The notes under the pieces: model-generated
Told to the model about the DNA's origin: nothing
Database searches by the model: none
What the model saw: only the letters and a program-made list of their open reading frames with translations
Assembly (NCBI GenBank): GCA_963845245.1
Contig: CAWJRJ010000016.1
Span: forward strand, 32,001 to 96,000
Source of the DNA: Nitrospirota bacterium
GTDB taxonomy: Bacteria > Nitrospirota > JACRHJ01
Length of the DNA stretch: 64,000 nucleotides
Direction of reading: 5' to 3'
Program-made: the position numbers and the translations under genes
Part shown: piece by piece, positions 10,219-19,202 of the stretch
How positions within the stretch are numbered: the first letter of the stretch is position 1
Layout of the letters: every line of letters begins with the position of its first letter

Positions 10219-10995
10219 TTACGGCGTGTTCGTACCCGTTATCGTGCCGCCGCTCAGTAAATATTGGGTGGTGTTCCCGGTAGATGCGTTGCCGTCGAGC
10301 AGGACCGTACCGAAAGTAATTATCCCGGTGTCCGTGTTGCCGCATGCGGAGTTGCTCTTGACAGTGCAGCCGTCTCCCGCATAAATTCCGGTACCTGAAT
10401 TATGGGAACTGCTGTTGCCAATAACACAGGATCCGGAATTCACGTAAATTCCGTAATTGGCTGTGTCTGTTCCGTTATTGTACGTGACGTTGTTTGTTAT
10501 GAGGCCGCCCGCGGCAGCCACATAAATCCCAGTCCTTCCGTTCGAATACACCTTGCAATCTTTTACCTCAGTGCCAAATGCGGATGATTCAAAATCTATA
10601 CCAAAAAGATTATCGTGTATCTTGAGATTCGATGCCTTTGGGGAAATACTGTTGTTGGCGAACAGCCCGTAGTAAAAGCCGGAGATATACCCGTTTCGGA
10701 CCTCTACCCCATTGCCGAAGATTGCTACACCCTGGTGCGCGGCGGTTGCCATGCCGGGGCCAGTGATGCTGAAGCCGCCCAAATCGAGGATAACGCCGTC
10801 TGAGGTGATTGTTATCGCATCCGTACGGTTGGTTGTGTAGGTCAGGGACTTTGTGAGGGTATAATTCCCAGGCTTTGATATGGTGTACGGCAGGTCTTTG
10901 ATGACGATCGGGCCACCTCCCGCGAAGGCCGTTGCAGGAATTAACAGTGCCACGAACAGGGAAACCAACGCGATGCCCTTTAGTGCTTTCTTCAT
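10219..10995 (-). CDS. Secreted right-handed parallel beta-helix repeat protein, copy 2
   Basis: Paralog of 9272-10051 (MKKAL...ATAFA, ends GTNTP). Start set at ATG 10995 after a GAGGAG RBS. Confidence 0.85.
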   Translation of the reverse strand: MKKALKGIALVSLFVALLIPATAFAGGGPIVIKDLPYTISKPGNYTLTKSLTYTTNRTDAITITSDGVILDLGGFSITGPGMATAAHQGVAIFGNGVEVRNGYISGFYYGLFANNSISPKASNLKIHDNLFGIDFESSAFGTEVKDCKVYSNGRTGIYVAAAGGLITNNVTYNNGTDTANYGIYVNSGSCVIGNSSSHNSGTGIYAGDGCTVKSNSACGNTDTGIITFGTVLLDGNASTGNTTQYLLSGGTITGTNTP

Positions 10996-11031
10996 TTTCT
11001 CCTCCTCAATAATGGGTGTTTCGTCGTTTAG

Positions 11032-11060
11032 GTTATAGCGAATATATAACGACGTTACAA
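11032..11060 (-). promoter_or_regulatory. Sigma70-type promoter of beta-helix copy 2
   Basis: TTGTAA-N17-TATAAC on the minus strand. Confidence 0.6.
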
Positions 11061-11181
11061 TAATAAAATGGAAGGAGAGAGGTGTATTAATCAATATTAA
11101 TCAGGGGACTACCCGAAAGGGTTAAACGAGGGCCATGCGGGATAAACCTATGACGCGGGAAAGGTTGTGGGCGCGGGAAAA

Positions 11182-12096
11182 TCAGCGGGGGGCCAGCGGG
11201 TCCTCGTAGGGGTAGATCTTCAGGAACTCCAGGAACTCGCTCAGCGTGTGCGAGGTGAAGCCTTTCTTGCGCATGATAAGAGAAAAATGCCTGGTAATCT
11301 TCGCGTCCTTGAACCGGTTGGCGACCAGCGTGCCCGCACGGATCTCCTTGCGCGCCGCCCATGCGGATATGATGGATACGCCTAGCCCGTCCTCGACAGC
11401 CGTCTTTATGGCCTCTGTGCTCCCCAGGTAGAGCGACACCATCAGTTCGTCCACGTTTACCTTGTTTTCCTCAAGGGACTTTTCTATCATCTGCCTGGTG
11501 CCTGAGCCCTTCTCGCGCATGATGAGCGGTTCTTTGGTAAGCTCCGAGATCGATATGTTCTTCCTTCTGGCCCACTCGTGGTCCGGGCTCATTATGAGCA
11601 CCAGCTCGTCAGGAAGCAGCTTCTCGACGACAAGGTTGTGTTTCGCCACGTCTCCCTCGACGAGGCCCAAGTCTATCTCGCCTGCCAGAAGCTTCTCTAT
11701 CACAAGCCGGGTGTTGCCGACTATGAGGTTCGTCCAGATGCGCGGGTGGTTCCTCCTGAACGAGACTATGACTGACGGGAGGAGGTAGTTGCCTATGGTG
11801 GAGCTTGCGCCCACGGAGAGGTTCCCTTTGACAAGCCCTATCATGGCGTTTATGTCGCGCCTCGCGGATGCGTAAAGGCCCAGTATCTCCTTGGCATACT
11901 TGTAGAGCAGCTCGCCCGAGTTCGTGAGCGTCACCGTGCCGCCTGAGCGGTCGAACAGCTTCGTCTCGTACATCTCCTCCAATGCCTGCACCTGAAGGCT
12001 GACCGCAGGCTGAGTAAGATGTATTATCTCGGAGGTCTTCGAAAAGCTTTTGGTCTCCGCAACGGTGCAAAAAACCTTAAGCTTGTGGTCGTCCAT
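11182..12096 (-). CDS. LysR-family regulator, CysL-like (sulfur/selenium metabolism associated)
   Basis: HTH SFSKTSEIIHLTQPAVSLQV; GASSTIGNYLLP, REKGSGTR and GSTEAIK motifs of the CysL-like substrate domain. Confidence 0.88.
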   Translation of the reverse strand: MDDHKLKVFCTVAETKSFSKTSEIIHLTQPAVSLQVQALEEMYETKLFDRSGGTVTLTNSGELLYKYAKEILGLYASARRDINAMIGLVKGNLSVGASSTIGNYLLPSVIVSFRRNHPRIWTNLIVGNTRLVIEKLLAGEIDLGLVEGDVAKHNLVVEKLLPDELVLIMSPDHEWARRKNISISELTKEPLIMREKGSGTRQMIEKSLEENKVNVDELMVSLYLGSTEAIKTAVEDGLGVSIISAWAARKEIRAGTLVANRFKDAKITRHFSLIMRKKGFTSHTLSEFLEFLKIYPYEDPLAPR

Positions 12097-12131
12097 CTTC
12101 TGTTGTCCCTTTCAAATTGCGCTTGATATGC

Positions 12132-12596
12132 CTAGATGATGAATTCGAAATCGTGGCTCACCTTGTCAGAGTCCATCAACTCCTTGGACTCGTCGCAGAG
12201 GTCCTGCAGGGTTACGTTCGACAGATAGTCTGTGATGGTCTTGCCGAGCCTCTTCCAGAGGATGAAGGTTATGCACTTTTCCGCCCGGTGGCAGACCTTG
12301 TTCTTTGCGCCGTGTTCTGTGCAGCTTACGGGCACTATGCTGCCTTCGACAATGCGTATAATCTCCTCCACCGTTATTTCGGAGGGTTTTCTGGCAAGCT
12401 TGAACCCGCCGCTCGGCCCACGCACTGACATCACAACCCCGCCTTTTCTGAGCTTGTTGAAGAGCTGTTCCAGATAGTGCAGCGAAATCTCTTCCCTCTC
12501 TGATATCCTGGAAAGCGGGACCGGTTCGCCCTTGGAGTAAAAGGAGAGGTCGAACATCGCCCTTACGGCATATCTACCTTTTGTCGATAACTGCAT
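12132..12596 (-). CDS. Rrf2-family regulator (IscR/CymR-like)
   Basis: MQLSTKGRYAVRAM, SLHYLEQLF, SVRGPSGGF; three Cys in C-x9-C-x5-C. Confidence 0.92.
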   Translation of the reverse strand: MQLSTKGRYAVRAMFDLSFYSKGEPVPLSRISEREEISLHYLEQLFNKLRKGGVVMSVRGPSGGFKLARKPSEITVEEIIRIVEGSIVPVSCTEHGAKNKVCHRAEKCITFILWKRLGKTITDYLSNVTLQDLCDESKELMDSDKVSHDFEFII

Positions 12597-12629
12597 GGAT
12601 CTTCTCCCTCTTTTAGAGTCCTGTCGCCT

Positions 12630-13553
12630 TTAGCCGAACAGGCCTGTACTCAGGTACCGCTCACCACTGTCCGGCAATATCACCACTACGCTCTTGCCCT
12701 TACCGAGCTTTTTGGCAACCTTTATGGCGGCAAAAAGCGCCGCTCCCGAAGAGATGCCGCAGAGCAGCCCTTCTTTGACCCCGAGTTCCCTGGCCGTCTT
12801 TGCTGCCTCCTCGTTCGTCACCTGTATAATCTCGTCGTAAACCTGGGTGTTAAGCACAGCGGGTACGAAACCCGCTCCTATCCCCTGTATCTTGTGGGGC
12901 CCGGGGCTTTTGCCAGAGAGTACGGCAGAGTCGGCCGGTTCAACGGCGATTACCTTTATAGCCTTGTTCCTGGCACGGAGCACTTCGCCTACGCCGGTGA
13001 TCGTTCCGCCGGTCCCTACCCCGGCTACAAAAGCGTCGATATTCGGGCCGAGCGCTGCAAGTATCTCCCTCGCCGTCGTCTTTCGGTGTATCTCCGGGTT
13101 GTCAGGGTTTTTGAACTGCTGCGGCATGAACCAGCTCGGGTTTTCGTTGATGATCTCCTCTGCCTTTGTGACTGCGCCGCGCATCCCTTCGGAACCGGGG
13201 GTCAGCACGAGCTTTGCGCCGTAAGCTGCAAGCAGGGTGCGCCTCTCGATGCTCATGGTGTCGGGCATGGTAAGGATGAGCTTGTATCCCTTGATCGCCG
13301 CGACCAGCCCGAGGCCTATGCCGGTGTTTCCGCTTGTCGGTTCTACTATCGTACCGCCTGGTTTCAGACGGCCGCTCTTTTCGGCCTCCTCCACCATGGC
13401 AAGCGCTATCCTGTCTTTGACGCTGCCGCCGGGGTTGGCCCCCTCCAGCTTGGCATAGACAGCCGCGTCCTTTTCTCCAGTCATCCTGGTGATATGGACC
13501 ATGGGGGTCTTGCCTATAAGCTCAAGGGCTCCCTTGTATATCTTCTTATTCAA
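12630..13553 (-). CDS. cysK: Cysteine synthase A
   Basis: [11 protein letters not shown] (PLP lysine), [30 protein letters not shown]. Confidence 0.96.
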   Translation of the reverse strand: MNKKIYKGALELIGKTPMVHITRMTGEKDAAVYAKLEGANPGGSVKDRIALAMVEEAEKSGRLKPGGTIVEPTSGNTGIGLGLVAAIKGYKLILTMPDTMSIERRTLLAAYGAKLVLTPGSEGMRGAVTKAEEIINENPSWFMPQQFKNPDNPEIHRKTTAREILAALGPNIDAFVAGVGTGGTITGVGEVLRARNKAIKVIAVEPADSAVLSGKSPGPHKIQGIGAGFVPAVLNTQVYDEIIQVTNEEAAKTARELGVKEGLLCGISSGAALFAAIKVAKKLGKGKSVVVILPDSGERYLSTGLFG

Positions 13554-14029
13554 CTGTCACCTCCGGAAAATGCCAGAAGCTCGCCCGAAGGCGCGTCCTG
13601 GACCCACTGCACCAGCGCATCGAAGTCTTTTGATATCTCGCGGTCTATCTCCATTGCCCTGGGGAGGCCGCTGACTTCTTTTTCATCGAGCAGGCGCGCC
13701 TTTAACTCCTTGTGCCCGGAAAGCCTCTTTAAGGCGGCGTCGGATACCGATACGGTCGTGCTCCTGCTGCCGTCCCTGTTCCTGAGTGTCAGTGCGGCGC
13801 GCCCGGATTCTTCGTAAACGATGTTGCCGTTCCCGAGGGTGCAGCCCGTCACGAACTGTATGCCGTCGAGTGCGCAGTTCTTCGAATGGAATACCGCCTC
13901 GATCCTGAACTGGTCGGCTTTCGTGACGCCGAGCGCGGACATCGCGGCCGCTCCGAGCCTGGCGCCCATAGTGGACATCGGGCAGCGGTGGCCGTGAAAA
14001 GCATATAGACCGTCAAAATCGATATTCAT
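13550..14029 (-). CDS. FmdE/FwdE-family zinc-binding protein
   Basis: [16 protein letters not shown] and [18 protein letters not shown] motifs. Start at ATG 14029 overlaps the upstream stop (ATGA). Confidence 0.88.
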   Translation of the reverse strand: MNIDFDGLYAFHGHRCPMSTMGARLGAAAMSALGVTKADQFRIEAVFHSKNCALDGIQFVTGCTLGNGNIVYEESGRAALTLRNRDGSRSTTVSVSDAALKRLSGHKELKARLLDEKEVSGLPRAMEIDREISKDFDALVQWVQDAPSGELLAFSGGDS

Positions 14030-14757
14030 AACCTTATAGATCCCACAAGTTCCACGGAGCCCCAGGCGCCGACCTTGTCGCCGGAAATGACGACCGCGCC
14101 CATGACACCCGCTATTTTCGAAGACACCGCAAGGGCCTCCTCGACATGGCCCTCTTTTTTTACCGCGTTCCCCACCGCAGAGGCGGCGGCATCGGCAAGC
14201 GCCGCGGAGTTGGCGACCACACAGGCGGCATGCGCGACCCCGAGGGACAATGATGGTCCCACCTTTCCCGACGAGGTACATACCCCGAGCGGGTTTGCGC
14301 CAGGGCCTATGTTTATGCCCATCTTTCCGGAAAGCGGCGAGTCACCCGCGTATAGGGCGACAACCCTGGGCTTATCCGTTTTTATATATATGTCCCCGCC
14401 GTTCTCGACTATTACCTGCGATGATTCCGCGAGCAGCGCCTCGCCGACCAATTCGGCAAATGCGCCGGCCACGGCGGCCATAGGCCCTACTCCCGCGGCA
14501 TCAGCCGCCGCCGACATCCTAACTGCCGACTCCGGCGCGCCGGGCAGCAGCCTGACAGGCACGAGCGACCTTAAGAATTCGGGCTGCCTGTTTATATAAC
14601 TCTCAAGCTGGTGGCGGTGGTTTATGACAACCTCAAGCGCCAGCTTTGTCAAGTCCCTGTCGGCCAGTATAAAAAGGTCGGTCTCTTTGACTACGACCGT
14701 GAAAGAAACAAGGTCGTCTGCCTTTACGGATTCCCTGTAGTCCCGCTGCTCATACAT
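14026..14757 (-). CDS. UPF0280 family (ApbE-like) protein
   Basis: MYEQRDYR, VGPMAAVAGA, VENGGDI, GVCTSSGKVGPSLSLG, ADAAASAVGN. Confidence 0.9.
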   Translation of the reverse strand: MYEQRDYRESVKADDLVSFTVVVKETDLFILADRDLTKLALEVVINHRHQLESYINRQPEFLRSLVPVRLLPGAPESAVRMSAAADAAGVGPMAAVAGAFAELVGEALLAESSQVIVENGGDIYIKTDKPRVVALYAGDSPLSGKMGINIGPGANPLGVCTSSGKVGPSLSLGVAHAACVVANSAALADAAASAVGNAVKKEGHVEEALAVSSKIAGVMGAVVISGDKVGAWGSVELVGSIRL

Positions 14758-14764
14758 TCTTTAC

Positions 14765-14823
14765 CTTATATTGATTTTAAATACAGGTATAAGAAGGATA
14801 AAATACACTACCTTGCTTGTCAA
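14765..14823 (-). promoter_or_regulatory. Promoter of the cysK operon with a candidate Rrf2 operator
   Basis: TTGACA-N17-TATCCT (14823 to 14795), followed by imperfect palindrome CTTATATTGATTTTAAATACAGGTATAAG (14765-14793) over the predicted start site. Confidence 0.5.
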
Positions 14824-14877
14824 GATAAATATGTATTTATATTCTGAGAACATTTTTATTTTATGCATATTTCTTCC

Positions 14878-14920
14878 TTGACAGTGCAAAGAAAGCATAC
14901 TATTCTTGAAAAAGTAATAC
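14878..14920 (+). promoter_or_regulatory. Promoter of nikMNQ-nikO-nikR with overlapping candidate NikR operator
   Basis: TTGACA-N17-TATTCT; CATAC-N13-GTAAT straddles the -10 box. Confidence 0.65.
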
Positions 14921-14941
14921 TACGCCTTCGGAGATAACTAG

Positions 14942-16817
14942 ATGCATATACCGGACGGATACCTGAGTCCGCAGACTTACGTACCATTATACGGCGCCTC
15001 GGTGGCAATCTGGTCTGTTGCCTTGAGGAAGCTCAAGAAAGAACTGTCCGTCAAGCAGGTGCCGTACCTCTCCATGGCGGCAGCGTTCTCTTTCCTTATA
15101 ATGATGTTCAACGTACCCATACCAGGAGGGACTACCGGCCATGCGGTCGGGGGCGGGATCATTGCGATACTTTTGGGGCCTTGGACCGCAGTGGTTGCGG
15201 TCTCGGTCGTCCTTATAATCCAGGCGATAGTCTTCGGAGACGGCGGAGTCACTGCTATCGGCGCCAACTGTTTCAACATGGCGGTGGTGATGCCTTTCGT
15301 GTCGTATTGGGTATTCAAGCTATCAAAGGGAAACTCGACCGGAAAGGGAAGGCTTTACATCTCCGCCTTCTTATCCGGGTATGCGGGGCTTGTCGCTGCT
15401 GCGGTCCTGACAGGCATAGAGTTCGGTATACAGCCGATGATAGCTGCCGCACCGGACGGCTCGCCGCTTTATGCGCCATATCCGCTTTCGATAGCGCTGC
15501 CCGCCATGGCGATAGGGCACATGCTTTTCCTGGGCCCGGTGGAAGGATTGATAACGATGCTCTTGGCCGGGTATTTCTTTGAAGATGTGTCTGCCCATGT
15601 CAGGGGAGCGGTAACGCCCTCTACGGGTAAATCCCGTAAAGTGCTCTGGATAGGGATAGGTATCCTGGCGCTCCTGACCCCTCTCGGGATATTCCTTCCG
15701 AAGCTATTCAAAGCTGGAGCGGCATGGGGCGAGTGGGGCCCGGAAGAACTGAAGAAGCTGGTCGGCTTCGTACCCGATGGGATAAGGAGGCTTGGCGAGC
15801 TGTGGAAGGCGCCTCTTCCTGATTATGGTTTCGGCGGAAACGGCCCGGTATCCGAGACCGTATCATATATGGTATCAGGACTGGTCGGCATCGCCGTGAC
15901 CGTCGCGGTGGTCTACATAATAGCAAAGATATTGACAGGGAAAGGCCTTAAGGGCTCAAGGGTCAGGACATCCTTCGTGGACAAGGGGCTCCACCATGTG
16001 GCGAATGTGATCAAGACCACGTACATACAATGGGAGACGTCATCCCGCAAGGGCCTGTTGCAGGGGCTGGACGCAAGGGTCAAGGTGCTGTTCCTGGCCG
16101 TATTTCTGGTGGCAGTATCTTTGAAGAAGGATGTGACTTCAGAACTATTGATTGCGGCATTGGTGTTGAGCATTAGCCGCAGCTTCACGTGTCGGGTTCG
16201 TGTCATATTATAAAAGGGTGCTCTTCCTTGGTTTCTTCTTCGGTTTTCTGGTTGCGTTGCCCGCTTCACTGAATATCATAACGAACGGGACGGTCGTCGT
16301 CCCTATCATAACGCTCCCCAGGGCCTATGATTTCTGGGTATACCGCATCCCCATGAATATAGGGTTCACAAGTGAGGGGTTGCACGGGGTAGCAGTGCTT
16401 ACCCTGAGGGTTGTCAACTCCGTTTCGCTGTCTCTGCTGGTGCTTTATACGACACCGTTCCACGAGGTGATAAAGGCGCTCAAGCTGCTCAGGGTGCCGG
16501 ATACTTTCCTGATGGTCATAAACCTCACGTACAAATACATATTCATATTCGCGAAGACGATTGAAGACATGCACCTGGCAAAAAAGAGCAGGATGGTGGG
16601 GGACACAAGCGATTCTGAAGCAAGAAGATGGGTGGCGGGCAGGATCGCGCTGGTTTTCAAGAAGACCCAGCTGCGGTGCGAGGATATATTCCGTGCAATG
16701 GTGAGCAGAGGGTTCTCGGGAGAGGTAAAGATGTACGGGTTCAGGAAACTGGCTGCAAGGGACTACATTGCAGGGTTTTTGTTTCTAACGGCAGGAGTTG
16801 CGGCGATATGGATGTGA
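14942..16817 (+). CDS. Nickel ECF transporter, apparent NikM-NikN(PDGLE)-NikQ fusion, frameshifted near 16170-16200
   Basis: MHIPDGYL N-terminus, GTTGHAVGG, PDGLE-like AWGEWG...APLPDY, then CbiQ/NikQ-like GLLQGLDARVK in one frame. T-component motifs (KKSR, AMVSRGF) continue in ORF 16200-16817. Confidence 0.85.
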
Positions 16818-16822
16818 GCTAA

Positions 16823-17632
16823 ATGGAATATATATTAGAGGCAAGGGATATATCGTACAGCTATTACGGCAAGATACCGGCCCTGAACGGCGTGAGCATC
16901 GGCATAAAGGAAGGCGGATGCTTCTCCATAATAGGTTCCAACGGGAGCGGCAAGTCTACGCTTCTGCAGATATTGAACGGGCTGATACCACCCTCAAAGG
17001 GCGGGGTATTCTTCCGTGGCGCGGAGGTGACCGAGGAGTCGCTCAAGGACAAAGAGTTCCTCCGCTCATTCAGGAGCAAGAACGGGTTCATCTTCCAGGA
17101 CTCAGACGTCCAGCTGTTTTCGCCGACGGTGCTGGACGAACTGATATTCGCCCCCATGCAGCTCGGCCTGAAAGAGGACGAGGCGCTCGATAGGGCGGCC
17201 AATGTGATGCAGATGCTGAACATAGAGGCCTTGAAGGACAGGCCGTCCTACATGCTTTCCGGCGGCGAGAAGAAGAGGGTGGCCATAGGTTCGGTGCTGA
17301 CCATGGACCCGGAAGTCCTGCTCCTGGACGAACCGACGAACGGGCTGGACCCCAAGACCCAGTGCTTCCTTATCGAGCTCATATTCAAGCTGAACGACGC
17401 GGGGAAGACGATAGTCATCGCCACGCACGACCTGGGGCTTGTTGACGAGCTTAATTCCGAGGTTGCCGTATTGTCCGAGGAGCACAGGGTGGAGAGTTCA
17501 GGAAACACCGATGAAGTGCTCAAGGACCTGGACCTGCTGCTTAGGGTGAACCTGATACACGAGCATATGCACAGCCACGGGCAGACGACCCACAAACACC
17601 CGCATCAGCATTACCTTCCGCACAAGCATTGA
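16823..17632 (+). CDS. ECF transporter ATP-binding subunit (NikO/CbiO) with His-rich tail
   Basis: GSNGSGKST, LSGGEKKR, LLLDEPT, ATHD; ends HEHMHSHGQTTHKHPHQHYLPHKH. Confidence 0.93.
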   Translation: MEYILEARDISYSYYGKIPALNGVSIGIKEGGCFSIIGSNGSGKSTLLQILNGLIPPSKGGVFFRGAEVTEESLKDKEFLRSFRSKNGFIFQDSDVQLFSPTVLDELIFAPMQLGLKEDEALDRAANVMQMLNIEALKDRPSYMLSGGEKKRVAIGSVLTMDPEVLLLDEPTNGLDPKTQCFLIELIFKLNDAGKTIVIATHDLGLVDELNSEVAVLSEEHRVESSGNTDEVLKDLDLLLRVNLIHEHMHSHGQTTHKHPHQHYLPHKH

Positions 17633-17643
17633 GAGAGGTTAAT

Positions 17644-18060
17644 ATGAAAGGTCTTGCAAGGATAGCGATCTCGATAGACAAAAAACTCATGGACCGTTTC
17701 GACAGTTCCATCGAGGAAAAGGGGTACACCAACCGCTCCGAGGCGATACGCGACCTCATGCGCGACTCGCTGGTGGAGCTCGAGTGGCAGGCGGACGCAG
17801 AGGTGGTGGGCACGATAACGCTGGTGTACAACCACCACACCCGCGAACTGCCGGATACCCTGAATGAACTTCAGCACAACTATTTCCACTCTATCGTGTC
17901 GAACCTGCACATCCACCTGGACGAGCACAACTGCCTCGAAGTGATGGTGGTGCGGGGAAAAAGCACCGAGGTGAAAAAGCTGGCCGACAGGCTTATAGGC
18001 ACTCGCGGGGTAGTCCACGGCAAACTAACCATGGCGACTACCGGCAGGGCCCTCGCCTGA
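17644..18060 (+). CDS. nikR: Nickel-responsive regulator NikR
   Basis: Ribbon-helix-helix GYTNRSEAIRDL; nickel ligands in QH...LHIHLDEHNCLEV. Confidence 0.96.
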   Translation: MKGLARIAISIDKKLMDRFDSSIEEKGYTNRSEAIRDLMRDSLVELEWQADAEVVGTITLVYNHHTRELPDTLNELQHNYFHSIVSNLHIHLDEHNCLEVMVVRGKSTEVKKLADRLIGTRGVVHGKLTMATTGRALA

Positions 18061-18114
18061 GTTTTCCGGTATATTTTAAATCCAGTATCTGTCCATCTTG
18101 TACGAGGTAACGGC

Positions 18115-18408
18115 ATGATTAATCCATTGAAAAGAACAGCCATATATTTATCGCAAACCGGGACACGGTTCCTGTTGCACTTCACGGCTTTATTTGGCTT
18201 GTTCATTACCACATCAAACTGTCCATGTTGCGGACAACCCGCTTCCGCTTGCCCAACTGGAGTTGCGGCCATGGGGGGCCTGGCAGCAATCATCTCTGCA
18301 GTGACCGGTAGACGGCGGCATGCTTCCCAATCCGGGACAGGCCCACATCTTCCCGCTTCCCGGCAGGAACCCCCTCATTGCCCAATCAATTTTAAGCGGA
18401 CCGGCTGA
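18115..18408 (+). CDS. Small hydrophobic Cys-rich protein, hypothetical
   Basis: Hydrophobic segment, CPCCGQPASACP motif, second hydrophobic segment, then a basic patch. RBS weak (GAGGT). Confidence 0.5.
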   Translation: MINPLKRTAIYLSQTGTRFLLHFTALFGLFITTSNCPCCGQPASACPTGVAAMGGLAAIISAVTGRRRHASQSGTGPHLPASRQEPPHCPINFKRTG

Positions 18409-18539
18409 CCCCCCACAGACGCTTTCCGACGGCCTCCGAGGGATATTCGGCCTGATTTCGGGGTTCGCCTGAATTTACCTCCGGCAAGGTCCTCGTCTGA
18501 ATTTTTCAGTATATTTTTAATATGGCCCATATTTTGCTC

Positions 18540-18603
18540 TTGACTTTAATGCAAAAACATACGATATTATAAAAAGTATGCTGTATAGTACCACTAATCA
18601 TAC
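18540..18603 (+). promoter_or_regulatory. Promoter of the DUF3842 operon with composite candidate NikR operator
   Basis: TTGACT -35 at 18540; perfect CATAC-N13-GTATG (18558-18580) sharing a half-site with GTATGC-N16-TCATAC (18576-18603). Confidence 0.7.
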
Positions 18604-18624
18604 AATAATAATACTGCAAGCCAA

Positions 18625-19041
18625 ATGAAAAATGTCATAGTTGTGATAGATGGTCAGGGCGGGAAGCTGGGAGGCCGGATTGTTCAAAGGCTTAAACCCT
18701 CCCTGCCTGCCGGTGCGGAGATTGTAGCCCTGGGCACAAATGCGCTCGCCACCGCACAGATGATGAAGTCAGGCGCGGACAGGGGGGCGTCAGGCGAGAA
18801 CGCGGTTGCCCATACTGTAACATCGGCGAGAGTGATATTGGGTTCGTTGTCAATAGTTATGCCAAACTCCATGCTGGGCGAGCTTACAACAAAGATGGCC
18901 GAAGCCATCCTTGGTTCACCCGCCACCAAGCTGTTGTTGCCGGTAAACAACGAAGGTATACGAGTTATTGGGGTAAGCAGGGACCCGTTGTCAAGCCTGC
19001 TAGACGACCTCTGCAAGGAAGCTGTAAAGGCTGTAAGCTGA
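18625..19041 (+). CDS. DUF3842 family protein
   Basis: IVVIDGQGGKLG, ALGTNALATAQMMKSGADRGASGENA and MLGELT are characteristic of DUF3842. Confidence 0.88.
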   Translation: MKNVIVVIDGQGGKLGGRIVQRLKPSLPAGAEIVALGTNALATAQMMKSGADRGASGENAVAHTVTSARVILGSLSIVMPNSMLGELTTKMAEAILGSPATKLLLPVNNEGIRVIGVSRDPLSSLLDDLCKEAVKAVS

Positions 19042-19165
19042 CAAAGGCCACGAAGGTCTTTGACGGTGCATAAGTTGTAGTCCCACGATTTATTTTATTC
19101 AAATGAAGGCCACGAAGGCCTTACACGGTGATGGTGCCGTAGTGAGGTTTTTGCGGCCTTTTTTT
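19042..19165 (+). promoter_or_regulatory. Twin-hairpin plus intrinsic terminator element (putative antitermination switch)
   Basis: Hairpin 1 CAAAGGCC-ACGAA-GGTCTTTG (19042-19062). Hairpin 2 AAGGCC-ACGAA-GGCCTT (19106-19122) forms the 5' arm of a long terminator stem ending in a T7 tract (19159-19165). Confidence 0.7.
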
Positions 19166-19202
19166 GTTTGCAACCGAAAGTGAAAGACGTAAAGGAGGGA
19201 AC

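Noticed and set aside
11101..11180. ACCC-GAAA-GGGT hairpin considered as a c-di-GMP riboswitch
   Set aside because: Lacks the second stem and GCAAA consensus; wrong strand and position for the adjacent gene.
19042..19130. Direct repeat considered as a CRISPR remnant or canonical ANTAR site
   Set aside because: Only two units, no cas genes, and unit 2 is integral to a terminator. The loop (ACGAA) and the 43-nt linker do not fit the ANTAR hexaloop consensus.
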